A stretch of DNA of 64,000 nt from a virus: IMG/VR virus record IMGVR_UViG_3300025237_000001, positions 1-64,000 of that record; one strand, 5' to 3'. The translations under genes were made by a program, and so were the position numbers. Below are positions 9,342-18,018 of the stretch, in pieces (positions within the stretch are counted from its first letter, which is position 1; every line of letters begins with the position of its first letter). The notes below the pieces were generated by a model. It was not told the origin of the DNA and did not search any database. It saw only the letters and a list, made by a program, of their open reading frames with translations.

Positions 9342-10772
9342 TTGGGAAAAACTAAGTCACCTGTAAAGAGAATTGAATTTTTGGCTAAGATGTTTGATGT
9401 GTTCACTGAAGAAGATTTGGGTAACATGTCAACCAACGAGCTGAGTGATGATACTATCATATATAACACTGACGATTCTGGCGATGAAACCATTTATGCG
9501 GTGCATGATTGGAACAAGCGTAAGTTGAAGAACGAGAATTTGTATGTAGTAGGAAAGGTGAGGGTTTACGAAGATGTCTTCGTTGAAATGGTTCAAGCTG
9601 ACCCCACGGAACATAAGGAATATGTTCAATGGATGTTAACTACCTTTGTGAGATTTATCAAGCAAGATAAAGGTGCAAAAGCGATTCATTTTAGCGGTGA
9701 AGATTTATTTAAAGCTTCTGAGTATTTGGAAATATTCCATGCTGAGAAACACAAACCTAAATTTAAGGCTCTCTGTAAGAGGAATAAGGCATTTAAAGAT
9801 ATATCAGACCCGTCTAACATCAATCAATATAGGGATTTATCTCAATTGTATGATGCTGTTGACCCTTATATCATTAGGAATCCTAGTAAACTTGAAAAGG
9901 AAATTAGGATTGCAAGTAAATTGGGTGATGGGAAGATACCTTATGAAGATAGGAAGATGATAATTTTCATTCCTAAGAAGTTAAGGGGTAGTAGAATATT
10001 CAGTAAGTATTCCAATTGGTGTACGTCTTCTAAAAGTGCCTTTGGTGAGTATCGTGGAGATAAGAGTTCAAAGAATGCGAAATCAGATTTATATATCTTG
10101 ATTCCAAAAACGTTTTTATTAGCGGATGGTGACCCTGAAAGGACTAATGAAATTTATCAATTTCATTTTGAACGTAGGATGTATATGGATAGGTCAGATA
10201 GAAGTGTTACGGACCTGAGTATATTTGTTAAGGATAACATTGGTTTAGGTCAATATTTTTATGATGAGTTAATTAGTTTTGCTAGGGCTAATCATAGGAA
10301 TTATCAAAAGAATGTTTATGTTGACGCATTGAAGAAGTTTGGTTTTATAGACTTGATGTTTGATGTGTTACCAATAGAAACTAAAAAAGTACATCTCATT
10401 AATGAGACCATATCTAACTTGGAAGGTATTAATAAGTTTAAAGACGCTTATGCTTTATCTCTAAGGGATTGTAAGCTTGTTGATGTACATCCTAATATTG
10501 GTGACTTGGTAAAATTAACTATTTTATCATTACCTAATAATAAAATTAAGAAACTTCCTAGTAGTATAGGTAAGTTAAAGAATTTAACAGTAATAAATGT
10601 TTCTGGTAATCCAATTAAAGAGATATCAGAAACGATAAAAGAATTAGACACGTCTAATGGTGGTAGTTTGGAATACTTTTCATATGGTAAGAATCAACTT
10701 AGTGATAAGTTGATTGAACAACTTGGAGAATGGTTACCGAATGCTACGTTAAACGAGTTTAGTAAACTTTAA
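9342..10772 (+). CDS. protein with C-terminal leucine-rich repeats
   Basis: LxxLxLxxNxI/LxxLPxxIGxL repeats from about aa 345; uncharacterised N-terminal region with ADPT...YVQWM and NWCTS motifs. Confidence 0.75.
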   Translation: MGKTKSPVKRIEFLAKMFDVFTEEDLGNMSTNELSDDTIIYNTDDSGDETIYAVHDWNKRKLKNENLYVVGKVRVYEDVFVEMVQADPTEHKEYVQWMLTTFVRFIKQDKGAKAIHFSGEDLFKASEYLEIFHAEKHKPKFKALCKRNKAFKDISDPSNINQYRDLSQLYDAVDPYIIRNPSKLEKEIRIASKLGDGKIPYEDRKMIIFIPKKLRGSRIFSKYSNWCTSSKSAFGEYRGDKSSKNAKSDLYILIPKTFLLADGDPERTNEIYQFHFERRMYMDRSDRSVTDLSIFVKDNIGLGQYFYDELISFARANHRNYQKNVYVDALKKFGFIDLMFDVLPIETKKVHLINETISNLEGINKFKDAYALSLRDCKLVDVHPNIGDLVKLTILSLPNNKIKKLPSSIGKLKNLTVINVSGNPIKEISETIKELDTSNGGSLEYFSYGKNQLSDKLIEQLGEWLPNATLNEFSKL

Positions 10773-10836
10773 CATCTAGAAATGTTCCCTTTATATTTCT
10801 ATGATGTTAATTATATTAATTAATAAAATTATAGAA

Positions 10837-11373
10837 ATGGAATTAAAAAACATGGAATGGAGAAGGGTAAATCATGGTCCAATCGGAATGCCTTTAATTG
10901 ATTATTTAGAAATAATAATCGATGAACAACATGAATTAGGTAATAAAATTAAAGTTTGTGTAGGAACAGATTCACAAAAGAAAGGTAAAGGATTTAAGTA
11001 TGCTACAGCTATCTTGCTTGAAATGAAAGAACCTACGGGAATCAAGATTCAAGGTAAAATGACCTATAAAGGGATTGGGGCGAAAGTTATTTCAGGTGTA
11101 TTCATCGAAAGAATCAAACCTTCAATCAGACAAAGAATGCTTAAGGAAGTACAATTATCAATTGACGTATGTTTTCACATTGTTGATTTGATAGATTTGT
11201 ATGACATTGATATGGAAATTCATGCCGATGTTAATCCTAATCCTATGTGGGCATCTAACGTTGCGTTAAGCGAGGTTGTAGGTTTCTGTAAAGGGATGAA
11301 CTTCACATATAAAGTAAAGCCAGAAGCGTATGCTGCATCTAGTGGCGCAGACAAGCTATGCAATGGTGGTTAA
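10837..11373 (+). CDS. RNase H-like protein (YkuK/DUF458 family)
   Basis: VCVGTDSQ...EIHADVN...AYAASSGAD motifs; ATG 10837 preferred. Confidence 0.75.
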   Translation: MELKNMEWRRVNHGPIGMPLIDYLEIIIDEQHELGNKIKVCVGTDSQKKGKGFKYATAILLEMKEPTGIKIQGKMTYKGIGAKVISGVFIERIKPSIRQRMLKEVQLSIDVCFHIVDLIDLYDIDMEIHADVNPNPMWASNVALSEVVGFCKGMNFTYKVKPEAYAASSGADKLCNGG

Positions 11374-11380
11374 TAAATAT

Positions 11381-11405
11381 AAAACACCCTTAATTAGGGT
11401 GTTTT
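11381..11405. terminator. bidirectional-type terminator hairpin
   Basis: AAAACACCCT-taatt-AGGGTGTTTT perfect 10-bp stem. Confidence 0.7.
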
Positions 11406-11443
11406 ATATGTTTTGTTTATATTTATAATAAAATAGATTAATC

Positions 11444-11659
11444 ATGAACAATAAAAAAAATAAAGTAGTACAAGTTAACGAAGCAATCTTGGTTGATTTA
11501 ATTAATGAAATAGTTGAAAAGACTATTGCTGAAAGAAACTTAATCCAAGGTCCTATTCTTAAAAAGACACCTAGAAAACTTACCGTAACAGAATCTCAAT
11601 TAAGAAAACTACAAGCTAGTGGTGCTAAAATTAATAGCATCGTTAAGAAAAGTAAGTAA
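11444..11659 (+). CDS. small hypothetical protein, possible internal head protein
   Basis: Multiple [ILV]xE motifs (VNE, INE, IAE, VTE); TATTTAT at 11420-11426. Confidence 0.55.
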   Translation: MNNKKNKVVQVNEAILVDLINEIVEKTIAERNLIQGPILKKTPRKLTVTESQLRKLQASGAKINSIVKKSK

Positions 11660-11722
11660 AAAAAAACCAAAAGGTTAACCTTTATTTGTTTACATCTACC
11701 CCACATTTCATATATTCATTAT

Positions 11723-12412
11723 ATGAAAAACATAATAGAACAATTAGAACGAAGTAAAGAGGCTCTTGTCTCATCTGTCATCTATGATAAACACATACAA
11801 GCCGCTGAAAAGGCTTTCGATTGTATATTTGATGGTACTTCTAGTTTCTATCCATGGGAGAAACCCCAATTAATTCCTAAAGAGTTTAACATAGGTGTAG
11901 TCTATGGCGCATCTGGTAGTGGTAAATCTACCTTACTAGGACAATTTGGTAGTCCGAGTGTCCTAGTATGGGATAACACCAAAGCAATTGTATCACATTT
12001 CGACACTCCTGACGAAGGAATCAACAAATTAAGTGCTGTTGGATTGAATTCTATTCCAAGTTGGTACAAATCTTACGATGTCTTATCTACGGGTGAGCGA
12101 TTTAGAGCCGATTTAAGCCGTTCAATTAAAGATAATGCCGTGATAGATGAGTTTACGTCTGTTGTTGATAGAAATGTAGCTAAAGCTGCTTCTATGGCAT
12201 TATCCAAGTATATTAAAAATAACAATATTAAAAATGTGGTAATTTCGACCTGTCACGAAGATGTTTTGGATTGGTTGGAACCAGATTGGGTTGTAAACAC
12301 GAATAATGGGGAGGTATATGACGGAAATTTTACCAAAGACCAGACATCAATATCGATATATATCGAACAAAGTATAGTGTCTGGTCAATGTTCAAAAACC
12401 ATCACTATTTAA
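11723..12412 (+). CDS. soluble ABC-family ATPase (N-terminal part of a frameshift fusion)
   Basis: Walker A GASGSGKST, signature LSTGE, Walker B VIDEF; no TM partner nearby. Confidence 0.85.
   Translation: MKNIIEQLERSKEALVSSVIYDKHIQAAEKAFDCIFDGTSSFYPWEKPQLIPKEFNIGVVYGASGSGKSTLLGQFGSPSVLVWDNTKAIVSHFDTPDEGINKLSAVGLNSIPSWYKSYDVLSTGERFRADLSRSIKDNAVIDEFTSVVDRNVAKAASMALSKYIKNNNIKNVVISTCHEDVLDWLEPDWVVNTNNGEVYDGNFTKDQTSISIYIEQSIVSGQCSKTITI
12325..12386 (+). other. candidate -1 programmed ribosomal frameshift signal
   Basis: In-frame heptamer A_AAT_TTT (12325-12331), 6-nt spacer, stem GACCAGACAT (12338-12347) pairing GTGTCTGGTC (12377-12386). Confidence 0.75.
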
Positions 12413-12807
12413 GTGGTGAAATATCTAAAGCTAGTAGGTGTTGGGTTGGTGTTTGGAATAATCAGATAGTTTGTTTCGGTGCCAGTATGACAATGCCTTC
12501 AGGTACGCTTAAAAACGCTTGGCGTGGTCATAGGACTGTAGTGTTACCAGATTTTCAAGGAATGGGTATTGGTATGCGTTTCTCTGATGCTCTTGCACAG
12601 ATACATATTGAGGATGGTAAGAGATATTTCTCTAGAACGGCACACCCACGTATGGGTTATTACCGAGAAAAGTCTCCATTATGGAAACCTACATCTAAAA
12701 ACAGAAAGTTAAGAACAGATATTACACACAAGAATATATTCAACAATCATTATGCTGATAATAAACGTGTGTGCTTTAGTCATGAATATCTTGGGAACTT
12801 TAAATAG
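12388..12807 (+). CDS. GNAT-family acetyltransferase domain (-1 frame, open from 12322)
   Basis: HRTVVLPDFQGMGIG acetyl-CoA-binding motif A. Confidence 0.85.
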   Translation: MFKNHHYLSGEISKASRCWVGVWNNQIVCFGASMTMPSGTLKNAWRGHRTVVLPDFQGMGIGMRFSDALAQIHIEDGKRYFSRTAHPRMGYYREKSPLWKPTSKNRKLRTDITHKNIFNNHYADNKRVCFSHEYLGNFK

Positions 12808-13000
12808 TTAACGTAACGTCATTAGAATTAACTAACGACTTGAAATTACCTCTTCGAGATAAATCCCTAGCGTATTCTCTAGCTCTTGGCAGAGTTGGGA
12901 ATTGGACCTTTAAAACATCCCCTTCCACGTTCTTATTAATTTTTTTCTTCTTTACAGTGTAAAATCTCACTGGGTTTCTCGTTACTGCGCTTGTACTCAT
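12800..13000 (-). CDS. small basic hypothetical protein
   Basis: Minus-strand promoter TTTG(13060-13063)-N20-TATATTTA(13032-13039) upstream. Confidence 0.55.
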   Translation of the reverse strand: MSTSAVTRNPVRFYTVKKKKINKNVEGDVLKVQFPTLPRAREYARDLSRRGNFKSLVNSNDVTLTI

Positions 13001-13064
13001 AAGTTTTATTTATTAATTATTCTTTAGATTGTAAATATACATAATATATTTGACATTACCAAAT

Positions 13065-13322
13065 TTAATTACCTGATTCTAGATAATATTTTGTTTCACA
13101 TTCTCCACATACGTGGTACTCATCCCAATAATAGAAATGTCCCCAATCAGTACAAGATGACCTATAGTTATATATCTCAGGAAATTTATCACCTTCATGG
13201 AAATAAGGTGAGTCGGGAATACATGATTCACAATTAGGACAACAATCTTCACTTAGTAAAAATATTTTATCATACCCTTCTGGTGTTGACTTTGGTGTTT
13301 CAAATAAATGTTCATTTTGCAT
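13065..13322 (-). CDS. zinc-ribbon-like hypothetical protein
   Basis: CCPNC...CGEC. Confidence 0.55.
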   Translation of the reverse strand: MQNEHLFETPKSTPEGYDKIFLLSEDCCPNCESCIPDSPYFHEGDKFPEIYNYRSSCTDWGHFYYWDEYHVCGECETKYYLESGN

Positions 13323-13516
13323 TAGTAAATCTGTTTTAAAATACCTAACCCCTTTAAACCGTATTGATATTTACATTCATTACATTTTCTAATGGAATTG
13401 ATAACATCAACAAATTTGGTTTTTGGGACATCCTTAATTGTAATATCCATTATAACTTCACCTGAAGTATTACATTCACCACATCTATAAATATTTACTG
13501 TTTTTTTTGTTGCCAT
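13322..13516 (-). CDS. small zinc-ribbon protein
   Basis: CGEC...CNEC. Confidence 0.55.
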   Translation of the reverse strand: MATKKTVNIYRCGECNTSGEVIMDITIKDVPKTKFVDVINSIRKCNECKYQYGLKGLGILKQIY

Positions 13517-13699
13517 AATTAGTTATATTTTTATTCAGATGGTATTGTGGTCCATCTCTTAACATCACCTTTTAAGGAAGTTTCCCACATATCAGTCCAA
13601 TTCTGTTTATCCCAATGACACATTTTAATATACGCATTATCCATTCTACATAAATAATCACCCTCTTTTGTAGGGTTTTTTGTTTTCCAATTTTTCATA

Positions 13700-13894
13700 T
13701 TAACTATATTGTATTATTTCATCTAAATCCTTTTCAAGTTCGGATTTATCCTCCATTGTATTATCATACAATTCTGGTTCATGTTTTTTAAGGCAAGGTT
13801 CGCACCACCATATACCATCCACACCAAATTCATTTACTCTTTGAAGTACTTGTCCATTATCTGCTTTACATTTATCACATTTCATTATCACCAA
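13700..13894 (-). CDS. small zinc-finger protein
   Basis: CDKC...WWCEPC. Confidence 0.55.
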   Translation of the reverse strand: MVIMKCDKCKADNGQVLQRVNEFGVDGIWWCEPCLKKHEPELYDNTMEDKSELEKDLDEIIQYS

Positions 13895-14106
13895 ATTATA
13901 GATTTATACTTACTTTCAATTTTATTATGTAAAGCATTTGACACTTCCATTTTATTTCCAAGTGCTTCGTTTACACATTCGGCAGCAAAGCGTTTAGCAA
14001 CATCTTCAGCGTAAACTTGCATTAGTTCTTCTGTTGTTAAAATTTGTTTATTCGTAAAGGGAGCCTTTACGAATTCTTCAGCTGTTTTTAATTGGTAAAT
14101 TTTCAT
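13888..14106 (-). CDS. hypothetical protein
   Basis: ORF 13888..14145; ATG 14106 preferred. Confidence 0.5.
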   Translation of the reverse strand: MKIYQLKTAEEFVKAPFTNKQILTTEELMQVYAEDVAKRFAAECVNEALGNKMEVSNALHNKIESKYKSIIW

Positions 14107-14107
14107 A

Positions 14108-14560
14108 TTAGTTATATTTTTCAACAATATTAACCCAAGTATCAAAAATTTCTTGTTGAATGTCTACGTCTACATCATCTAAATGGAAACCTTTACGACC
14201 AGTTAAGTCATCGAATATTTTTTCTACCGTATCAAATGCATTAGTCTTTTCACTTTTTTTACTTTTAACATCGTACCTACATTCTTTAAGTAGATTAACA
14301 AAATCATTGAAACGTCTCTTAACACAACCTATAATATCTTCATCGTAGTCATTCGCAATATCGTATGTATCAAACTTTGAATCAGGTCTTTCGGATAACC
14401 ATGCTTGGCAATCCTCAGAATCCCATAATACATGTTCGTTAAACTTAATACATTCGTACCAACCATTGGTTTCATACGTAAATCCGTAAAGGTCCTCTGT
14501 TTTCTCCGTGAAAACGTGGTTTAACTCAAATACTTGCTCAATTGTTTTTTTATCTAACAT
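14108..14560 (-). CDS. hypothetical protein
   Basis: ORF, 150 aa, co-oriented run. Confidence 0.55.
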   Translation of the reverse strand: MLDKKTIEQVFELNHVFTEKTEDLYGFTYETNGWYECIKFNEHVLWDSEDCQAWLSERPDSKFDTYDIANDYDEDIIGCVKRRFNDFVNLLKECRYDVKSKKSEKTNAFDTVEKIFDDLTGRKGFHLDDVDVDIQQEIFDTWVNIVEKYN

Positions 14561-14701
14561 CTTTTAAAATTTTATAATCAGTGTGCATACTACTAAACCA
14601 TTCCTCTAGAGAACCCTTATAGTTACTCTTTTCCATATCCATTAATGATGTGGCTAAGAAGGTTCTACTATATTGGTCTATTATGTAATCAGTGAATGTC
14701 A

Positions 14702-15028
14702 TTAATCTTGTATTAAAGCCAAGTTATAATCCTTAGCTACTTTATTTAATATTATTTTCAACTTACCTATAACATCGTCAATCTGAGTACCATCGTTTTT
14801 ACCAGTCATAAAATAACGTTCCCATAACCAACCTCTTAATTCACTTAAGTTGTCAAAGTCATGTATTATTTTATTTTTCTTCGGTATATTATTCAATAAA
14901 AGTTCTGAATAATTAGTAATGTTCACAACAGAACTTAATTCAACGAATGAATAACCATCTTCTGTTTTAACCCATACTTCTAGGTCTAATAGGTTTCTAC
15001 CCTTTTCATTTCTAAGATATAGTGTCAT
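14702..15028 (-). CDS. hypothetical protein
   Basis: ORF, 108 aa. Confidence 0.55.
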   Translation of the reverse strand: MTLYLRNEKGRNLLDLEVWVKTEDGYSFVELSSVVNITNYSELLLNNIPKKNKIIHDFDNLSELRGWLWERYFMTGKNDGTQIDDVIGKLKIILNKVAKDYNLALIQD

Positions 15029-15434
15029 TATTTGCTTGGAATTTCATAAAGGATTTTAATAATCCAGTCATATTTTCAACACCTGAAGGATTAGCACTAT
15101 GGCAAACCCAATTAGGTAGTTCAACGTTATTGTCCATACAATATTCTGTCAACCATTTAACACAATCCATTCCAGTTTTCTCTTGAAAGTCTTGAGAATC
15201 AGCCCAATCATTGTAATCTTTCCATCTATCTTGCGGTGCGTAATGCTCATCCGCTAAGTCATGGTCAAAAGCAATCTTACTTGGTAAACCATTGTTGGTA
15301 ATCCATTTGACAAATTCGTTGTAGGATTTTACCCACACAATTTTATATGCGCTATTGTCAGGCACGTACTTATTTAAGAACGGACTTGTAGCTGGGTCTC
15401 TATAATCGTCTAACCAAAGTAGTGTTTTTTTCAT
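15012..15434 (-). CDS. cyclic-phosphate-processing receiver-like domain protein
   Basis: LWLDDYRDP...IAFDHDL...TGMDC...CHSANP motif series. Confidence 0.75.
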   Translation of the reverse strand: MKKTLLWLDDYRDPATSPFLNKYVPDNSAYKIVWVKSYNEFVKWITNNGLPSKIAFDHDLADEHYAPQDRWKDYNDWADSQDFQEKTGMDCVKWLTEYCMDNNVELPNWVCHSANPSGVENMTGLLKSFMKFQANNDTIS

Positions 15435-15751
15435 GGTTTAATTGAATTAATTATCTCTTCTTCAGTTTCAAAAACGTCATATTCATACCGCATATGTGGT
15501 GTAGATTGGTAATCACCATCTTTAGAAACTAAATCTAAACTATATCTAATTCTCATCCTTTCAAATGGATAATCTTTATCAAAAATTGTAATTACTTTAT
15601 CAATTATTTTTTTAGTTAAATGGGTAGCAAGCCTCTTTGTTTGTACATCAAATTCTATTCTTGCTACAATACCTTTTCTTATTTCATTTTCATACATAAA
15701 GTAAACCACTTGCCCTACTATATATCTATATTCAATTTTTAAACTTCTCAT
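15431..15751 (-). CDS. hypothetical protein (SH3-like beta-rich)
   Basis: Y.VGQ.VYF...I.KG.V pattern, similar to 16703..16954. Confidence 0.5.
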   Translation of the reverse strand: MRSLKIEYRYIVGQVVYFMYENEIRKGIVARIEFDVQTKRLATHLTKKIIDKVITIFDKDYPFERMRIRYSLDLVSKDGDYQSTPHMRYEYDVFETEEEIINSIKP

Positions 15752-16260
15752 TTCTTCTTATTTGGTTTAATAAACATTATCATTTTTCTACCTTCCATTG
15801 TTGGTAACGCTTCCGTTACCCCAACTCCAGCATCTGAAATATCTACAGATATTTTAAGTAATAATTCTCTACCTATATCCCTAAACATATTCTCACGCCC
15901 TTTAAAGAAGACATAAGTTTTAACTTTGTGACCTTTTTCTAAGAACTTGACAATCGATTTAAACTTAATGTTCATATCATGTTCACCAGTATTAGGACCA
16001 AATCTAACAGTTTTTAACGATGGTGTTTTTTGTGGTTTAATAACTTTATCTTTCTTGAAGATGAATTTATTATAATCCATTATCTTACAGACTGGTACAT
16101 CACCCTTACCAGCACCTACCATTACCAAATCCATTTCTAAATCTTCGGCAAGTTTTTTTGCTGCGTCAATTGAATAAGTACTTCGTTCAACATTATCACC
16201 AACCAACATCACTTTTCGATATCTAATTTGGTTATTAATTTTATGTTGTTGTTTAGCCAC
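15748..16260 (-). CDS. infC: translation initiation factor IF-3
   Basis: IN..IR...V.LVGDNVE...DLV...PVCKIMDY.KF...RFGP....HD...FL.KG.KVK..VFFKGRE...P.MEGR; GTG start. Confidence 0.92.
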   Translation of the reverse strand: MAKQQHKINNQIRYRKVMLVGDNVERSTYSIDAAKKLAEDLEMDLVMVGAGKGDVPVCKIMDYNKFIFKKDKVIKPQKTPSLKTVRFGPNTGEHDMNIKFKSIVKFLEKGHKVKTYVFFKGRENMFRDIGRELLLKISVDISDAGVGVTEALPTMEGRKMIMFIKPNKKK

Positions 16261-16376
16261 TATTTTTTAGTGTTTTCTTTACCATTCGTGTAAGTGGTCA
16301 CTTTAATCTTTTGAAGTTTGCTTTTTGATAAACTTCTAAACCAATCACGAGTAGTTTCAATTCCTGTTATCGTCAT
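16260..16376 (-). CDS. 38-aa basic ORF coupled to infC
   Basis: Its TAG overlaps the infC GTG (TAGTG); read manually. Confidence 0.4.
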   Translation of the reverse strand: MTITGIETTRDWFRSLSKSKLQKIKVTTYTNGKENTKK

Positions 16377-16397
16377 ATTATTCTATATTTTTTTTAA

Positions 16398-16703
16398 TTA
16401 ATTAATCCAAGCTTCTAATTCTACAAAAGTTAAATTAGAAAAAGATTTTATTTGATTTTCTGTATAAGGTTCGTCCCAATATTCTATTAATTTACCTTCT
16501 TTTGTTGTAAATGATTTCCATATTTTAGGTTCTCTTGTTGTCCAATCTTTTATTTTTTCATCGTCTTCGGTTCTTATACTTAACCCTATTCTGTGGTCAG
16601 AGTGTCCAAAGTAATTTTTATTATTAACTTTTCTATGTAAATGCCAATACCCCAGTAAAGATATTATCTTAACCACATCATTACCTAATTCAGGGTTATC
16701 CAT
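16398..16703 (-). CDS. hypothetical protein
   Basis: ORF, 101 aa. Confidence 0.5.
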   Translation of the reverse strand: MDNPELGNDVVKIISLLGYWHLHRKVNNKNYFGHSDHRIGLSIRTEDDEKIKDWTTREPKIWKSFTTKEGKLIEYWDEPYTENQIKSFSNLTFVELEAWIN

Positions 16704-16954
16704 TATTCAATAATTTTAATACTATTAAGGACATCTTCAACGGTGTCATATAAATCACCTACGTTGTTTGTTCTAGTTATTCTCATTTCACCTTTAATCA
16801 ACTTAAGACCGTAGGTTTCTTGAGCTTCGGGGAAGCCTTTTGTACTTCCACCCTCGATTACTTCCGTTTTAGTAATGGTTTCAATCTTAGCCTTATAAAT
16901 CCTCTTGTTATGTAAGACATAGACCTCATCTTTTAATTCATATTTAGTTTGCAT
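16703..16954 (-). CDS. hypothetical protein (SH3-like beta-rich)
   Basis: KY.L.D.VYVL...I.K..I pattern. Confidence 0.5.
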   Translation of the reverse strand: MQTKYELKDEVYVLHNKRIYKAKIETITKTEVIEGGSTKGFPEAQETYGLKLIKGEMRITRTNNVGDLYDTVEDVLNSIKIIE

Positions 16955-17115
16955 AATACTTTTTTAATGTATGGGTTGACCTACAATATAATGTCTAGTT
17001 GCAATATCATTATTACCTCCATCTTCCCAACTGATTAAATAAAATTGACCCTTTTCTGTGTCATAGTATACTATGTTGTCTCTATTGGGAATCATCCCCT
17101 CTGGTAAATTCTTCA

Positions 17116-17461
17116 TTATCTGTAAGTTGAGTTAGAGAAGTAAGCTTGACTTGTGATATGTGATTTATCCAATACATATTCATCAAATTCATCTCTCGTC
17201 AATTCAACTTCATTTTTAACTTCCCATTCGAATAATTTAATATTCTCATCATAAGTTTCAGAGTTGTCGATTGGCGTTACCAAGTCCAATCTGATATCTA
17301 TAGCACCGCCTTCAATACGAAGTTTAAGTCTTAATAATTGCTTTAAACCTTCTTGTTTATAGGCGATTACAGCTTCGTTATAATCCTTAATGTGTGCTGC
17401 CTTATTTTCTTTAAGGGCTTCTAATAAATCTAATTTCTTAATTGTTACAGTTCTGTTCATT
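17116..17461 (-). CDS. conserved phage hypothetical protein
   Basis: LL..LKEN...H..DY.EA...Y...P......YD..I...EW...E.EL...EF..YVLD pattern; ATG 17461 preferred. Confidence 0.6.
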
Positions 17462-17498
17462 GTACTTATTTTTGCAATATAACGCAAAAAAAACGATA

Positions 17499-17530
17499 TA
17501 AACAAGTTTATACCGTTTTATTTTAAAATA
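17499..17530 (-). terminator. terminator hairpin overlapping the next promoter
   Basis: Minus strand AAACGGTATAAAC-tt-GTTTATATCGTTT followed by a T-run. Confidence 0.55.
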
Positions 17531-17538
17531 ATTAAGTT

Positions 17539-18018
17539 TTAATGACCTCTACTTAGAATTAAGTATTCAGGTGATATTCTATTGAACCCTAATTTGTTCC
17601 AGAAGCTAATACCTTCGGGTTTTGGAGCAACAATTAAATCGTTGGTTTCTTTAAACATTCCCCAAAGTGATTTAACAGCTTCGTTAAGAATAAATACTGT
17701 TTCGTAATCTTTTTTAAATTTAACACCTACTATTTCTAGGGTATTATCAGCGTTAGCTTCTGCAATCATGATAATACCAGCGTTTCTATCGTTATATTCT
17801 ACCAATATCGATATTGTATCTGGTGATTCATCAGTTATTTGTAAGTTTATTTCTTCTCTAAGAAATCTTTTTATGATGTTTTTATTTTCTGTTATATTTT
17901 TTGGTGAGTTAACATGTCCACATTCATGACAAGTAAATAAATCATCACCTCCATCTTTGACTTCCCAAGACCATTCGCAATTAGCGCAATTAACTTTAGG
18001 TTCTTTAGTATCTTTCAT
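17539..18018 (-). CDS. zinc-finger plus GNAT-like protein
   Basis: CANC...TCHECGH, then ITE/LRE motifs, then a GNAT-like fold ending in A.P..EGISFWNKLGF. Confidence 0.5.
   Translation of the reverse strand: MKDTKEPKVNCANCEWSWEVKDGGDDLFTCHECGHVNSPKNITENKNIIKRFLREEINLQITDESPDTISILVEYNDRNAGIIMIAEANADNTLEIVGVKFKKDYETVFILNEAVKSLWGMFKETNDLIVAPKPEGISFWNKLGFNRISPEYLILSRGH

Noticed and set aside
11723-12412. ABC membrane transporter
   Set aside because: No permease or TM partner nearby; the context is a GNAT fusion
16258-16376. Stop-codon readthrough from the 38-aa ORF into IF3
   Set aside because: The TAG overlaps the GTG by one base, so the two are out of frame; this is translational coupling
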